Positions 1 to 12,303 of a stretch of 64,000 bases of DNA are shown here, piece by piece. Each line of letters begins with the position of its first letter. The stretch's first letter is position 1. The stretch is taken from the NCBI GenBank assembly GCA_965221905.1, contig OZ244922.1:2624001-2688000 (forward strand). Direction: 5' to 3'. The DNA comes from Chloroflexota bacterium. Its GTDB lineage: Bacteria > Chloroflexota > UBA11872 > VXOZ01. The notes below the pieces were generated by a model. It was given only the letters and a program-made list of their open reading frames with translations, made no database searches and was not told the DNA's origin. The position numbers were made by a program, and so were the translations under genes.

Positions 1-181
1 CTTGCTCAATGGAGCCAACGACGAGCAGGAAGTGCTGATAGAGTTGCCGTCTGCGGGGTCCGGCAACGTTTCAAGGCTTTCCGTGGTGGAAGTGTGGGGA
101 GGCTTGCCCATACGCACGCGGGACAACTTGATCGTTACGACGCTGGAAAGATCGCAACTCGCGGTCTTGCATATCCAATGA
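1..181 (+). CDS. 3' end of an upstream gene, truncated by the window edge; unknown product
   Basis: Open frame from base 2 (LLNGANDEQEVLIELP...AVLHIQ) ending at TGA 179-181. Confidence 0.55.
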   Translation, partial: LLNGANDEQEVLIELPSAGSGNVSRLSVVEVWGGLPIRTRDNLIVTTLERSQLAVLHIQ

Positions 182-330
182 GGCTAGCTCGGCTTTCTCT
201 TCCTGGAACTGTGAAAGAATCCCTGTCGCCGGGACTCTAGCCACAAAGAGAGGCTATGCAAGTGGCGGCGCGACTTACCGGTGCCTTACCTTCACCTAGC
301 TCTCAGTCCAATCGAATAGCCGTACCGGGT

Positions 331-1110
331 CTACCCTCCTACGTTTGCTACGCAAGCATCGCGCGTCTGCACGGCGAGAGCGACGAAGTCATCGGCAATC
401 AGGCTTGCCCCGCCCACCAGCCCGCCGTCCACGTCGGGCTGTGCAATGATGTCGGGCCACACCTTGGGATTGATGCTGCCGCCATAGAGGATGCGGATAG
501 CCTCCGCCGTAGAAGCACCGCACTCACGGGCGACCACGTCGCGCACCAGACTAATGGTAGCGTTGGCTTCCTCCGCCGCCGCGGCGCGACCGGTGCCGAT
601 GGCCCAAACCGGCTCATAGGCCAGAATGGCGCCCGCAACTTGCTGTGCGGACAACCCTGAAAGAGCCTTGGTGGTTTGGCGGTCAATCACTTCTCGCGTC
701 TTGCCCGCGCGGTTCTCAGCATCAGTTTCACCCACACAAACGATGGGGGTGAGCCCGTACGCAATGGCCGCTATGACCTTGCGGTTCACCATCGCGTCGG
801 TTTCGCCAAAGTGACCCCGACGCTCCGAATGGCCGATGATTACGTGAGAACACAGAGGCTGCACCATCTGCGGGGAGATTTCGCCCGTGAAGGCACCCTC
901 GGCCTCCCAGTGCATGTTCTGAGCACCAATAGCGACAGCAGTATCCTGCATGGTGTCCCGTATTGCATCGAGCGCTACAAACGGAGGGCAAATGATTATG
1001 TCCACTTCCTTCAGCGTTCGCACGCCCTCTTTCATGTCGTTTGCCAGCCCAACGGCTTCATCCCGAGTCTTGTTCATCTTCCAGTTTCCGGCAATGACAA
1101 ATCTCCGCAT
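331..1110 (-). CDS. tpiA: Triosephosphate isomerase
   Basis: IAGNWKMN, GHSERR, AYEPVWAIGTG, LYGGS and GGLVGGASL motifs. Confidence 0.98.
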   Translation of the reverse strand: MRRFVIAGNWKMNKTRDEAVGLANDMKEGVRTLKEVDIIICPPFVALDAIRDTMQDTAVAIGAQNMHWEAEGAFTGEISPQMVQPLCSHVIIGHSERRGHFGETDAMVNRKVIAAIAYGLTPIVCVGETDAENRAGKTREVIDRQTTKALSGLSAQQVAGAILAYEPVWAIGTGRAAAAEEANATISLVRDVVARECGASTAEAIRILYGGSINPKVWPDIIAQPDVDGGLVGGASLIADDFVALAVQTRDACVANVGG

Positions 1111-1378
1111 TTCAATTCCTTTATTTCATCCAGTCCAGGGTAGATCCAGCCACGTTGCCAGTTGTCCGCAGCTCTTTTTGGGAGACGGAAGTGCCCGGCG
1201 ATCACACGCCTCAAATCCGCGGTTCGTGGTATAGTATGAGCATATTACACTGAAGCGCTCTCACCCCGCTGCAAGAGCGCGCGCATCTCCACAAGCTGTT
1301 CTTCCCTTAAGGTTATTTCCCGCTCAACCGTGCAGCCCGATCTTCGCTTTCTAGTCAGGACCACCAAGTGTCGATTCC

Positions 1379-2572
1379 GTGAAAGTTATGCCACAGCGCA
1401 GAATCTACCTGGATTACGCGGCCACTACGCCGCTTGATCCGCGCGTAGTGGAAGCAATGCTCCCGTACCTTACCGATCACTTTGGTAATCCTTCCAGCCT
1501 GCACGCCACGGGCCGACGCGCTCGCCGCGCGCTAGAGGATGCCCGCGAACAAATCGCGCGCACGCTCTCTTGTCAACCAACTGAGATTCTCTTCACAAGC
1601 GGTGGAACAGAGAGCGACAACAGCGCTGTGTTGGGCATTGCCCGAGCGCAACGCGCCGCAGGCCAAGGCAACCACGTCGTCACAAGCCGGATTGAGCACC
1701 ACGCCGTTCTCCACGCGTGCGGGCAGCTTGAAACTGAAGGCTTCCGGGTATCGTACGTACCGGTTGATGAGAATGGAATTCTCGACCCAAAGGCTGTGGA
1801 AGCCGCTCTCTCCGATGACACGGTGCTGGTCTCGGTCATGGCGGTGAACAACGAAATCGGCACAATTGAGCCCGTATGGGAAGTCGCGTCGGTCTGCCGG
1901 GCGCGAGGCATCCCAGTACACACGGATGCGATTCAAGCTGTCGGCATTCTTCCCGTGAGTTTTGCTGAATGGGGCGTAGACGCGCTCTCGCTCACGGCGC
2001 ACAAGTTTTATGGACCTAAGGGAGTTGGATTGCTGGTCTTGCGTCACGGCGTGCCTTTCCAACCGTTGCTGGCGGGCGGGGGCCAAGAGCGTGAGCAACG
2101 GCCCGGCACCGAAAATGTAGCCGCAATAGTAGGCATGGCGCAGGCGCTCCGCCTCGCCCATGAAGAGCGCGGCGAACGAGTCGCCCACGCCCAGGCATTG
2201 CAGCAGCGCCTGGAACACGGCATCGAAGCCCGCATGCCCTGGGCTCTACGCAACGGACACCCGAGCATGCGCGCTGCAAGCATTACGAACTTTTCGTTCC
2301 CAGGCTTGTCGAACGAAATGCTTCTCCTACACCTCGATCTGGCAGGAGTGGACGTGTCAAATGGGGCAGCGTGTACGTCCGGCACTGTCGAACCCTCTCA
2401 CGTGCTGCGTGCCCTGGGCAAGTCTGAGGAATTGGCGACGAGCGCCCTCCGCTTCAGCGTGGGCAAGGAGACTACTATTTCGGAAATCGACGATGCGCTG
2501 GACATCTTGGAGAGCACCGTGAGCAAAATGCGCGCGGAAACGATACTTTCACACCGCAGCAGTCGCGTTTAG
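1379..2572 (+). CDS. iscS: Cysteine desulfurase, IscS/NifS family (start may be ATG 1388)
   Basis: IYLDYAATTP, FGNPSS, TSGGTESDN, TAHKFYGPKG (PLP Lys), GAACTSG (catalytic Cys). Confidence 0.95.
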   Translation: MKVMPQRRIYLDYAATTPLDPRVVEAMLPYLTDHFGNPSSLHATGRRARRALEDAREQIARTLSCQPTEILFTSGGTESDNSAVLGIARAQRAAGQGNHVVTSRIEHHAVLHACGQLETEGFRVSYVPVDENGILDPKAVEAALSDDTVLVSVMAVNNEIGTIEPVWEVASVCRARGIPVHTDAIQAVGILPVSFAEWGVDALSLTAHKFYGPKGVGLLVLRHGVPFQPLLAGGGQEREQRPGTENVAAIVGMAQALRLAHEERGERVAHAQALQQRLEHGIEARMPWALRNGHPSMRAASITNFSFPGLSNEMLLLHLDLAGVDVSNGAACTSGTVEPSHVLRALGKSEELATSALRFSVGKETTISEIDDALDILESTVSKMRAETILSHRSSRV

Positions 2573-2638
2573 AGACCGAATCGCCGCGCCACGTAGCACG
2601 CCGCATTACCTTGATAGCGCCTCGCGCTAATAGCGCTC

Positions 2639-2947
2639 TTGATGAACTTCCTCGAACTTGAGCTCTTCTCACACACTATTGGAGACTACCTCGCCCTTGC
2701 GCCGCCGGTAGTGGTGCTGGGAGTCTTGTTGGGAAGCTTAGAGTCCACTGCCTTTCACGTATTATTCGGTCGGGGCGACCGCTCAACACTCTGGTACTTG
2801 GGGGTTGGACTCGTGGGATTCTGGCTCGGCCATTTTGCGGGAGAATACATTGGAGCCGTTTTCCCACCGGTGGGTCTCCTCCATGCCGCGGAGGCTTCGG
2901 CGGCGTGCGTTACCTTGCTTTATATTGCGGATTACGTGCGAAGTTGA
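2639..2947 (+). CDS. Small hypothetical membrane protein
   Basis: 102 aa with about 3 hydrophobic segments; fills the gap between iscS and the next gene. Confidence 0.6.
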   Translation: MMNFLELELFSHTIGDYLALAPPVVVLGVLLGSLESTAFHVLFGRGDRSTLWYLGVGLVGFWLGHFAGEYIGAVFPPVGLLHAAEASAACVTLLYIADYVRS

Positions 2948-3014
2948 TACAATTCAAGGTGGAAGAACTAGCAGGGAAAGATCAATTTACGAATTTGGCC
3001 TAGAAAGGCACAGT

Positions 3015-3317
3015 ATGCCCAAGAATACAGGAAGCTTTATTTTCGGATTGACATTTGGCGCGCTTTGCGGTGTTATCATGGCATTGCTCCTGACGCCCCA
3101 GAGCGGCGAAGAGGTCCGCGAACTTCTCGGCAGGAAGTCGGAAGACCTTCGGAAAGGCGCTGAAGACGCGGTTGGGCGCGCGCGTGAAAGCACTGCGGGT
3201 ATCGTGGAACGCGGCCGCCACGTGGCGGAAGAGGCCCAAACTCGCATTCACAACAGGCACGCACCGCAGCCGGATGGCGCCGCGGAACAGCCGGAGCCGG
3301 TACAGCCTCAGGTATAG
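3015..3317 (+). CDS. YtxH-domain (general stress) protein
   Basis: SD AGAAAGG before ATG 3015; FIFGLTFGALCGVIMALLLTPQSGEEVR matches the YtxH TM+P.SG.E.R pattern. Confidence 0.85.
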   Translation: MPKNTGSFIFGLTFGALCGVIMALLLTPQSGEEVRELLGRKSEDLRKGAEDAVGRARESTAGIVERGRHVAEEAQTRIHNRHAPQPDGAAEQPEPVQPQV

Positions 3318-3328
3318 CCAACCAATAA

Positions 3329-3366
3329 GCCCCATGTTAACGCAGGCAGGTTAGCATGGGGCATTT
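3329..3366 (+). terminator. Hairpin, probable intrinsic terminator after the YtxH gene
   Basis: GCCCCATGTTAAC-8nt-GTTAGCATGGGGC followed by ATTT. Confidence 0.6.
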
Positions 3367-3610
3367 GCACGCAGAGCGGCGCAAGGCGAAACTAAACCGA
3401 AAGTCTGCTATTTGTAGGCGTGTAGTTGACAGTACTAAGTGTCCACTCTGCGAGAGTCGAAGGCGGCCCGGAAAGCACAGTCTAGGGATTGCCACGGTCT
3501 TTCGAAAGATGGTGTAACACCTAGCGCGGAGACTAATGAGGAGAGACCTCTTCCAAAAGCAAGAACCTCTCCGAGCCTTCCCGTGCCGACATGGGAAGGC
3601 ATCCTCTATT
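3367..3610 (+). ncRNA. Candidate structured RNA (unassigned leader or sRNA)
   Basis: Several stems with purine-rich loops, ending in the 11-bp hairpin 3575-3600; no known family recognised. Confidence 0.35.
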
Positions 3611-3716
3611 AATTAGGGCTCTCACGCATTCGGCACGCTCTGAAGATTGAAAGCGGTTGGGTGTGCTCAAGCTCTCAAGTCCTATGCGTCGAATGCAGTG
3701 GTATGCTAAAGGTACT

Positions 3717-4826
3717 ATGCGCACTGTAGAGTGGTCACCCGAAGGCGTTCGGCTAATCGACCAGCGGCAACTACCGCAGCATGTGGTGGTTTCTGTTTGC
3801 CGTACCGTAGATGAGGTGGCCGCAGCCATCCGTACGATGCAGGTCCGTGGCGCGCCCGCAATCGGCGCCTGTGCCGCGTACGGAATTGCACTTGGCGCGC
3901 AGCACAGCCGGGCAACCTCTGTGATTGCATTGCTAGCTATGCTCCAAGTCCATGCGCAACAGTTGGCTGCAACCCGACCGACGGCGGTCAACCTCACGTG
4001 GGCGCTGGCGCGCGTCATGAGAGCAGTTGAATTAGCATCAAAGCTAGGGGTTGATGCCATCCGGAGAGCAGCCCTTGCCGAGGCGAATGCCATTGCCGAA
4101 GCAGACGTAATCGCAAACCAAAAGATAGGCGCCAACGGCGCTCCGCTGCTTGCAAACGGCGACACCGTTCTCACACATTGCAACGCGGGCGGTCTGGCCT
4201 GCGTCGACTTTGGTACAGCATTAGGCGTAGTGCGAGCCGCGTACACTGAGGGCAAAGATATTCACGTGCTGGTGGACGAGACTCGTCCCTTTCTCCAGGG
4301 CGCACGCCTGACAGCATGGGAACTCTGCCAGTTCGGCATTCCACATACATTGATTACTGACAACATGGCGGGGCACTTCATGCAGCGCGGAAATGTGCAG
4401 AAGATCGTGGTAGGCGCAGACCGCATCGCCGCGAATGGTGACGTCGCCAACAAGATCGGCACATATTCACTCGCCGTCCTCGCGCAGCACCATGGAATAC
4501 CGTTTTATGTCGCCGCCCCCACTTCTACCATCGATCTCAGCATCGCCACCGGCAGTGAGATTCCGATCGAAGAGCGCAGTGCCGATGAAGTCCGATACTT
4601 TGCCGGAGTCGAGATTGCCCCAAAGGGAACTCCTGCCGCGCACCCCGCTTTCGACGTCACTCCCCACAATTTCATAACCGCGATAGTAACTGAAATGGGC
4701 GTGCTGCAAGCGCCATTCGGCCCCGCATTGGCCGCAGCCGTTGCCGCTGCCAACCAAGAGCAGGCACTGCAAGAGCAACCTCTTGTAGCATTTTCGGAGC
4801 AGCAGAAGGAGAGTATCGAAGTCTAA
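3717..4826 (+). CDS. mtnA: S-methyl-5-thioribose-1-phosphate isomerase
   Basis: LIDQRQLP, MQVRGAPAIG, TRPTAVNL, THCNAG, DETRPFLQGARLT, NKIGTY. Confidence 0.96.
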   Translation: MRTVEWSPEGVRLIDQRQLPQHVVVSVCRTVDEVAAAIRTMQVRGAPAIGACAAYGIALGAQHSRATSVIALLAMLQVHAQQLAATRPTAVNLTWALARVMRAVELASKLGVDAIRRAALAEANAIAEADVIANQKIGANGAPLLANGDTVLTHCNAGGLACVDFGTALGVVRAAYTEGKDIHVLVDETRPFLQGARLTAWELCQFGIPHTLITDNMAGHFMQRGNVQKIVVGADRIAANGDVANKIGTYSLAVLAQHHGIPFYVAAPTSTIDLSIATGSEIPIEERSADEVRYFAGVEIAPKGTPAAHPAFDVTPHNFITAIVTEMGVLQAPFGPALAAAVAAANQEQALQEQPLVAFSEQQKESIEV

Positions 4827-5698
4827 TGGGGATGCAAGCCGCGGCAAGAGTTGGAATCATGGGCGGTACGGGATTCGCAGATATCGAAGGGCTGCAAGAC
4901 CGCCGGGAGGTCCACATTGCAACGCCGTTTGGCCCCCCAAGCGATGCTTTCACCTTGGGCACATTGGACGACGTCCCTCTTGCCTTCCTGCCCCGACACG
5001 GCCGGGGACACCGCGTCCAGCCCACTGACCTCAATGCGCGAGCCAACATCTATGGGTTCAAGCGCCTGGGCATCGAATACATCATTTCTATCTCTGCGTG
5101 CGGCTCTCTGCGCGAAGAACTGGCGCCGCAGCACATTCTTGTTCCCGATCAACTCTACGATCATACGAAAAGCCGCGTGAGCACGTTCTTTGGTGACGGT
5201 ATCGTCGCCCACGTCGGCTTTGCGCAGCCCTTCTGTCCTGTCCTCAGCAGCTTTCTCTACCAGACCGGCCAGGCGGTTGACGTTGTAATGCATAGCGGCG
5301 GCATCTACATCTGCATTGAAGGACCGCAGTTCTCTACAAAAGCAGAGTCGGAGGTCTACCGCAGATGGGGCATGGACGTGATCGGCATGACGGCTGTGCC
5401 GGAGGCCAAGTTGGCGCGGGAGGCTGAGATTTGCTACGCCACGCTCGCTTGTGTCACAGATTACGACGTGTGGCACGAAACGGCGGGTGAAGTAACGGTT
5501 GAGATGGTTATCGAGAATCTCCACCAGAACGTCGGTAACGCCAAGGAGATCGTCCGGGGTGTCATCACAGCACTTCCAGCCGAGCGCAGCGGCTGTCCAT
5601 GCCCAGACGCGCTTGCCAATGCCATCATTACCGCACCGGAGAGCATTCCGGCGGCACAGCGTGCTACGCTAGATTTGATAGTAGGAAAATATATATAG
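4826..5698 (+). CDS. mtnP: S-methyl-5'-thioadenosine phosphorylase
   Basis: TPFGPPSD, FLPRHG, EGPQFSTKAES, GMTAVPEAKLAREAE, TDYDVW; TAATG coupling to mtnA. Confidence 0.96.
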   Translation: MGMQAAARVGIMGGTGFADIEGLQDRREVHIATPFGPPSDAFTLGTLDDVPLAFLPRHGRGHRVQPTDLNARANIYGFKRLGIEYIISISACGSLREELAPQHILVPDQLYDHTKSRVSTFFGDGIVAHVGFAQPFCPVLSSFLYQTGQAVDVVMHSGGIYICIEGPQFSTKAESEVYRRWGMDVIGMTAVPEAKLAREAEICYATLACVTDYDVWHETAGEVTVEMVIENLHQNVGNAKEIVRGVITALPAERSGCPCPDALANAIITAPESIPAAQRATLDLIVGKYI

Positions 5699-5797
5699 GA
5701 CTGGAAACGAGAAGCGGAAGCCCATCAGCTTCAACCGTACTTGCTTTGAATGCATACTTGCGGGCCGCCCCGCACCTCGGAGATACGTAACAACGCC

Positions 5798-8006
<2,209 letters not shown>

Positions 8007-8078
8007 TTGGCGCGGACTCGCCAAGGTGCGGAACCGCAGCAAAGTAATCAGGCAGGCAAGGTGGAGAAGGAGACTACT

Positions 8079-9302
8079 ATGGGTTTGGGTATGGCTTCAT
8101 CCGCTAAAGTGTTGTTTACATCTGAATCCGTGACAGAAGGTCACCCTGACAAGATGTGCGATGCAGTATCGGATGCGGTTCTGGACGCGTACCTCGAGCA
8201 GGACCCCGAATCGCGGGTCGCTTGCGAGACCGCTACGACCACTGGGCTTATTATGGTCTTGGGTGAAATCACGGGGCGCGCCAACGTTGACATCGCGAAA
8301 GTAGCCCGCAGCGTTGCAGCAGAGATTGGTTACACGTCCAGCGACTTTGGCTTCGACAGCGAGACGTGCGCCGTGGCGGTTTCCGTTAAGGAACAGTCCT
8401 CAGACATTGCCCAAGGCGTCAACAAGGCCCTCGAGGCGCGGGAGGGGAGTGGCGACGATCTGCTTGCCACCGGCGCCGGAGACCAAGGCATGATGATCGG
8501 CTATGCCTGCAACGAAACTTCTGAACTCATGCCGGCGCCCATCATGCTGGCGCACCAGCTAGCCCAACAGCTCGCAGTGCTCCGTCATTCCGGGGCGCTT
8601 TGGTATCTCCGCCCCGACGGCAAGTCGCAAGTGACGGTAGAATACAACTACGGCAAGCCCGCACGCGTCGATACCGTCGTCCTATCAACCCAGCACCATC
8701 CTGACGTCGACCAAGAGACCATTCGCCGCGATCTCATTGAACAATGCGCGCGCGCCGTGATTCCCGCCATGTGGCTGGATGAGAATACGCGTTTCCTGAT
8801 CAATCCCACGGGTCGTTTCGTTACGGGCGGCCCCATGGGCGATGCCGGCCTGACCGGTCGCAAGATCATCGTTGATACGTACGGCGGTATGGCACGACAC
8901 GGCGGCGGCGCTTTTTCCGGCAAAGACCCAACCAAGGTTGATCGCTCTGCCGCGTACGCCACGCGTTACGTGGCGAAGAACATCGTCGCAGCAGGCCTGG
9001 CCGATAGATGTGAGATTCAAATCGCGTATGCCATCGGCACAGCCAATCCCGTCTCCATTATGGTGGATACGTTCGGCACCGGACGAGTGTCTGAAGACGA
9101 ATTCGTTTCCCTCATCCATGAACGCTTCGATCTCCGCCCGGCAGCAATCATCCGTGATCTCGACCTACGGCGCCCCATCTATCGCAAGACTGCTGCTTAC
9201 GGGCACTTTGGACGCACCGACATCGACGCTCCTTGGGAAGCAATCGACAAGGCGGAGCTACTTCGGAATGCAGTCGGTAAACTCTCCGGCGCAACTACAT
9301 GA
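8079..9302 (+). CDS. metK: S-adenosylmethionine synthase
   Basis: [42 protein letters not shown]; SD AAGGAG before ATG 8079. Confidence 0.98.
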   Translation: MGLGMASSAKVLFTSESVTEGHPDKMCDAVSDAVLDAYLEQDPESRVACETATTTGLIMVLGEITGRANVDIAKVARSVAAEIGYTSSDFGFDSETCAVAVSVKEQSSDIAQGVNKALEAREGSGDDLLATGAGDQGMMIGYACNETSELMPAPIMLAHQLAQQLAVLRHSGALWYLRPDGKSQVTVEYNYGKPARVDTVVLSTQHHPDVDQETIRRDLIEQCARAVIPAMWLDENTRFLINPTGRFVTGGPMGDAGLTGRKIIVDTYGGMARHGGGAFSGKDPTKVDRSAAYATRYVAKNIVAAGLADRCEIQIAYAIGTANPVSIMVDTFGTGRVSEDEFVSLIHERFDLRPAAIIRDLDLRRPIYRKTAAYGHFGRTDIDAPWEAIDKAELLRNAVGKLSGATT

Positions 9303-9393
9303 TCCGGAGCGCTAGCACGCCAGTCCTCTTTGCAGCAAGACTCTGCTGCGCGGACGGCACTTTCTTCATAGCCACATCTAGGATCATTCGTTG

Positions 9394-10407
9394 ATGGATG
9401 CAGCACCGAGCGAGACCAATGCGCGCATCAAGAGCACCGCGCGCATTGCCATCGGTATTGCCATCACAGTGGTTACGCTGTACGTTGTTTACCGCGATGC
9501 AGATCCCCAACAGATGCTCGACGCTTTCGGGGAGTTCAATCTGGCTATGCTATTGCCATTTGGGCTCTTCTACGCGGTGCAACTTTGGGCAAAGACCGAG
9601 CGGTGGGCGCAGCTTCTTGATCGCGGGACGGTCAGGCTGCGTATTCTCTTCTCCTCCATGATGGTGGGCTACACGGTCAATACGCTTCTCCCGGCGCGCC
9701 TCGGTGAAGTCGCACGCATCTATCTTCTGCACAAACGGGCCGGAATACCCGCGGGACGCACGCTCTCAACCATAATTCTCGAGCGCCTGCTAGACGTTGC
9801 CGCCGTCGTGATTATTCTCGGAATCGCGCTTCTTTCGGTTGACCTGCCCAATTGGATCCGTACCTCGATTCTTTTGGGAACCGTCCTGCTCATCGTTGGG
9901 TTAGCAGGGCTGCTCGTAATTGCGTATCTGCCGCGTAGTCTATTAGGCAGCTTCGCTGAGCGCGCCCCTGTGCTGCAACGTATCCCGCTCAAAAGCACCA
10001 TCGAGGCCGGCTTCACGCTTCTTGTGGAAGTTGCAAGGACGCGGCGCGGCCTTTGGGCCTTCGGCTGGTCGCTACCGGCGTGGGCGTGTGTGGTGGCGGG
10101 GACGCACGTCATTCTGCTTGGCTTCGGCTTCGACGTGCCGATCTGGGCGAGCATGGTGCTCGTCGGTGCAACCACGCTCGGTATGATTCTGCCGTCATCC
10201 CCCGGGTATGTCGGTGTTTTTCACTTGCTGGCCGCTGAATCGCTGGTATTGTTTGGCGTAGCGGAAACTCCGGCGGAAACTGCGGCTCTCCTGTTACACA
10301 TCGTGAGCTTTGCGCCCGTCACGCTGCTTGGCCTCTACTACGTGTGGGCGGACGGCCTGGGATCGATAGGTGGCTTGGCGCAGGAGAGCGCACGGCTCAG
10401 TAAATGA
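9394..10407 (+). CDS. Lysylphosphatidylglycerol-synthase TM / flippase-like membrane protein
   Basis: NTLLPARLGEVAR, ERLLD and PSSPGYVGVF motifs; about 8 TM segments. Confidence 0.85.
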   Translation: MDAAPSETNARIKSTARIAIGIAITVVTLYVVYRDADPQQMLDAFGEFNLAMLLPFGLFYAVQLWAKTERWAQLLDRGTVRLRILFSSMMVGYTVNTLLPARLGEVARIYLLHKRAGIPAGRTLSTIILERLLDVAAVVIILGIALLSVDLPNWIRTSILLGTVLLIVGLAGLLVIAYLPRSLLGSFAERAPVLQRIPLKSTIEAGFTLLVEVARTRRGLWAFGWSLPAWACVVAGTHVILLGFGFDVPIWASMVLVGATTLGMILPSSPGYVGVFHLLAAESLVLFGVAETPAETAALLLHIVSFAPVTLLGLYYVWADGLGSIGGLAQESARLSK

Positions 10408-10455
10408 TCCCCACCACGTGGTGAAAGAGGCAGGTCTCCCTGGCGATTGCCCCCT

Positions 10456-11046
10456 TCAGCGGGACTGGTACCAAACGTGGATGACCCGCTGCAAGGTAGT
10501 AAGCAGTGTCAGTATTGCCAACAGCCAGATGACGATCTTCAGCACTATGATGAAATCGAAGGGGAACAGCAACGCCAAGCCGAGAGCAATGACGCGTTCG
10601 GGACGTTGAAACCAGCCAACGTTACATGATAGTCCTAGCCCTTCCGCCCGGGCACGCGTGTAGCTCACCATCTGCGATCCTACGAGCATGATCGCCGTTC
10701 CCATTACGGTCGGATTGTCTCCAAAGCTGAGAAAGTATCCAATCAATCCCAGGCCGATTGCAGCTTCAGATAGCCTGTCCAGGGTTGAATCGAAGAAAGC
10801 GCCGAAGGTAGAGCCTTGGTCGCTAACCCGCGCCAATGCGCCATCCACCATATCGAATGCGCTCGCTACCAGTACAAGAATCGCAGCCCACGGCCACATC
10901 CCTTGCCACACAGCCGCGGCCGCTACGAGGCTAAGAATGAAGCCAAAAGTTGTTACCGTGTTTGGCTGAACCCCAAGACGGGCAAGCGGGCGAACCAACG
11001 CTTCCATCGTAGTTTGTGCCCATTCGCGAACGCCAGGATGTATCAT
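10456..11046 (-). CDS. CDP-alcohol phosphatidyltransferase, phosphatidylinositol-phosphate synthase-like (alternative start 11067)
   Basis: DMVDGALAR...GAFFDSTLDR signature; VSYTRARAE and RPER motifs as in PgsA1/AIP synthases. Confidence 0.9.
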   Translation of the reverse strand: MIHPGVREWAQTTMEALVRPLARLGVQPNTVTTFGFILSLVAAAAVWQGMWPWAAILVLVASAFDMVDGALARVSDQGSTFGAFFDSTLDRLSEAAIGLGLIGYFLSFGDNPTVMGTAIMLVGSQMVSYTRARAEGLGLSCNVGWFQRPERVIALGLALLFPFDFIIVLKIVIWLLAILTLLTTLQRVIHVWYQSR

Positions 11047-11104
11047 GGTGTCTTCATCTCCGTACACATGCGTCTAGGTCATACACGCTCTCGGTAGCCA
11101 AGAG

Positions 11105-12295
11105 TTACCGCACTTTCTCCTTCTTCCGACGATGGATTCTTGCCCAATCATACCGGCGGCTGCGCGGTGCCTTGTTTGCAATACTTTCCTCGTAGAAAGC
11201 GATTAGCTGCGTTGCGATCTTCTCCCAGGAGTAGCTTTGCGCTGCCTGCAACCCGCGTGCGCCTGCTTCCTCGCGCAGAGTCCTCTGATCGAGAAACTGC
11301 ATCAGTGCATGCGCCAAAGCCTTGTCGTTTTCAGGAGGCACCAGCACCCCCGCGCCCGTGCCTTCCAGCACGCCGCGGTACCCCTCAATATTCGAAGCCA
11401 CTACCGGTTTACCGGCCGCCATCGCCTCAAGCAGCACAATGCCCTGACTCTCGCCGCCCGTGGACGGGGCGCAAAACACATGGCATGACTTGTAATATCG
11501 GACTTTCTCTTCTCTACTAACGAACCCGACGAAAACTACGTTTGACAGCCCTAGTTGCACTGCTTTCTTTTCGTACTCAGCGCGCTGTGCCTCTGCGAAT
11601 GCCCCCACCACAATCAGCCGGACCCTGTGGGCGCCGCTCTCCTGCACCGTCTGCAGTGCCTGTAAGAGGTAGGTAAGTCCTTTGCGCTTCTCAAGTCGCC
11701 CGACAAAGAGCACATTGAGCATGCCGTCATCCAGATCGGGAAATGGCGGTAACGCGCTCTGGAAGAGCTTCATATCGATGCCATTGGGAATTATGCGATA
11801 TTGGGATGGAAAGTAGCGTGAAATCAGCTCCCGGGCCGCGTCAGACACCGCAATCCGTCCCTGCAACCGGTTGAAATACCGCTTCAACAGCGGCTTGCCG
11901 TAGAGATACGCGAAGTGTGAGCGTCGGTACGTGTGGAATGTTCCCACGTTTACGGTGCGGGAGTGACGGAGCACCGTGATTGGTAGGGCAGGCGCAAGCG
12001 GCTCGTGCAAGTGGACCACGTCAAACCGCTCTTTGGCGAGGATCTCCTTCACCTGCCGCGAGAGCGTGAGTGACAGTGATATGCGGGCAACTGAGGCGTT
12101 CATGGGAACCCGGACGATAGTCTTTCCAACCCGGTACAGGTTATCGTAGGGCAGCTCCTCTTCCGGCTGAGATGAAGGAGCGAGAATTCGTACCTCGTGT
12201 CCCATACTCCGAAACTGTGCATTCAAGTGGCTGATGTGTTCGGTCACACCGCCAGGATATGCATAGTCATAGGGTGAAACGAGGGCAATTTTCAC
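11105..12295 (-). CDS. GT4 glycosyltransferase, PimA-like phosphatidylinositol mannosyltransferase
   Basis: KIALVSPYD..PGGV..H, DVVHLHEP, GTFH, IIPNG, RKG, APSTGGESQGIVLLEAMA. Confidence 0.88.
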   Translation of the reverse strand: MKIALVSPYDYAYPGGVTEHISHLNAQFRSMGHEVRILAPSSQPEEELPYDNLYRVGKTIVRVPMNASVARISLSLTLSRQVKEILAKERFDVVHLHEPLAPALPITVLRHSRTVNVGTFHTYRRSHFAYLYGKPLLKRYFNRLQGRIAVSDAARELISRYFPSQYRIIPNGIDMKLFQSALPPFPDLDDGMLNVLFVGRLEKRKGLTYLLQALQTVQESGAHRVRLIVVGAFAEAQRAEYEKKAVQLGLSNVVFVGFVSREEKVRYYKSCHVFCAPSTGGESQGIVLLEAMAAGKPVVASNIEGYRGVLEGTGAGVLVPPENDKALAHALMQFLDQRTLREEAGARGLQAAQSYSWEKIATQLIAFYEESIANKAPRSRRYDWARIHRRKKEKVR

Positions 12296-12303
12296 ACTCC
12301 GCC

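Noticed and set aside
3440-3545. Resemblance to a SAM-I riboswitch (GAGAG..GAAGG..GGCCCG..GGTG..ATGAGGAG)
   Set aside because: It lacks the AUC/GAU P1 pairing and the GCAACC core, so it is kept only as an unassigned RNA candidate.
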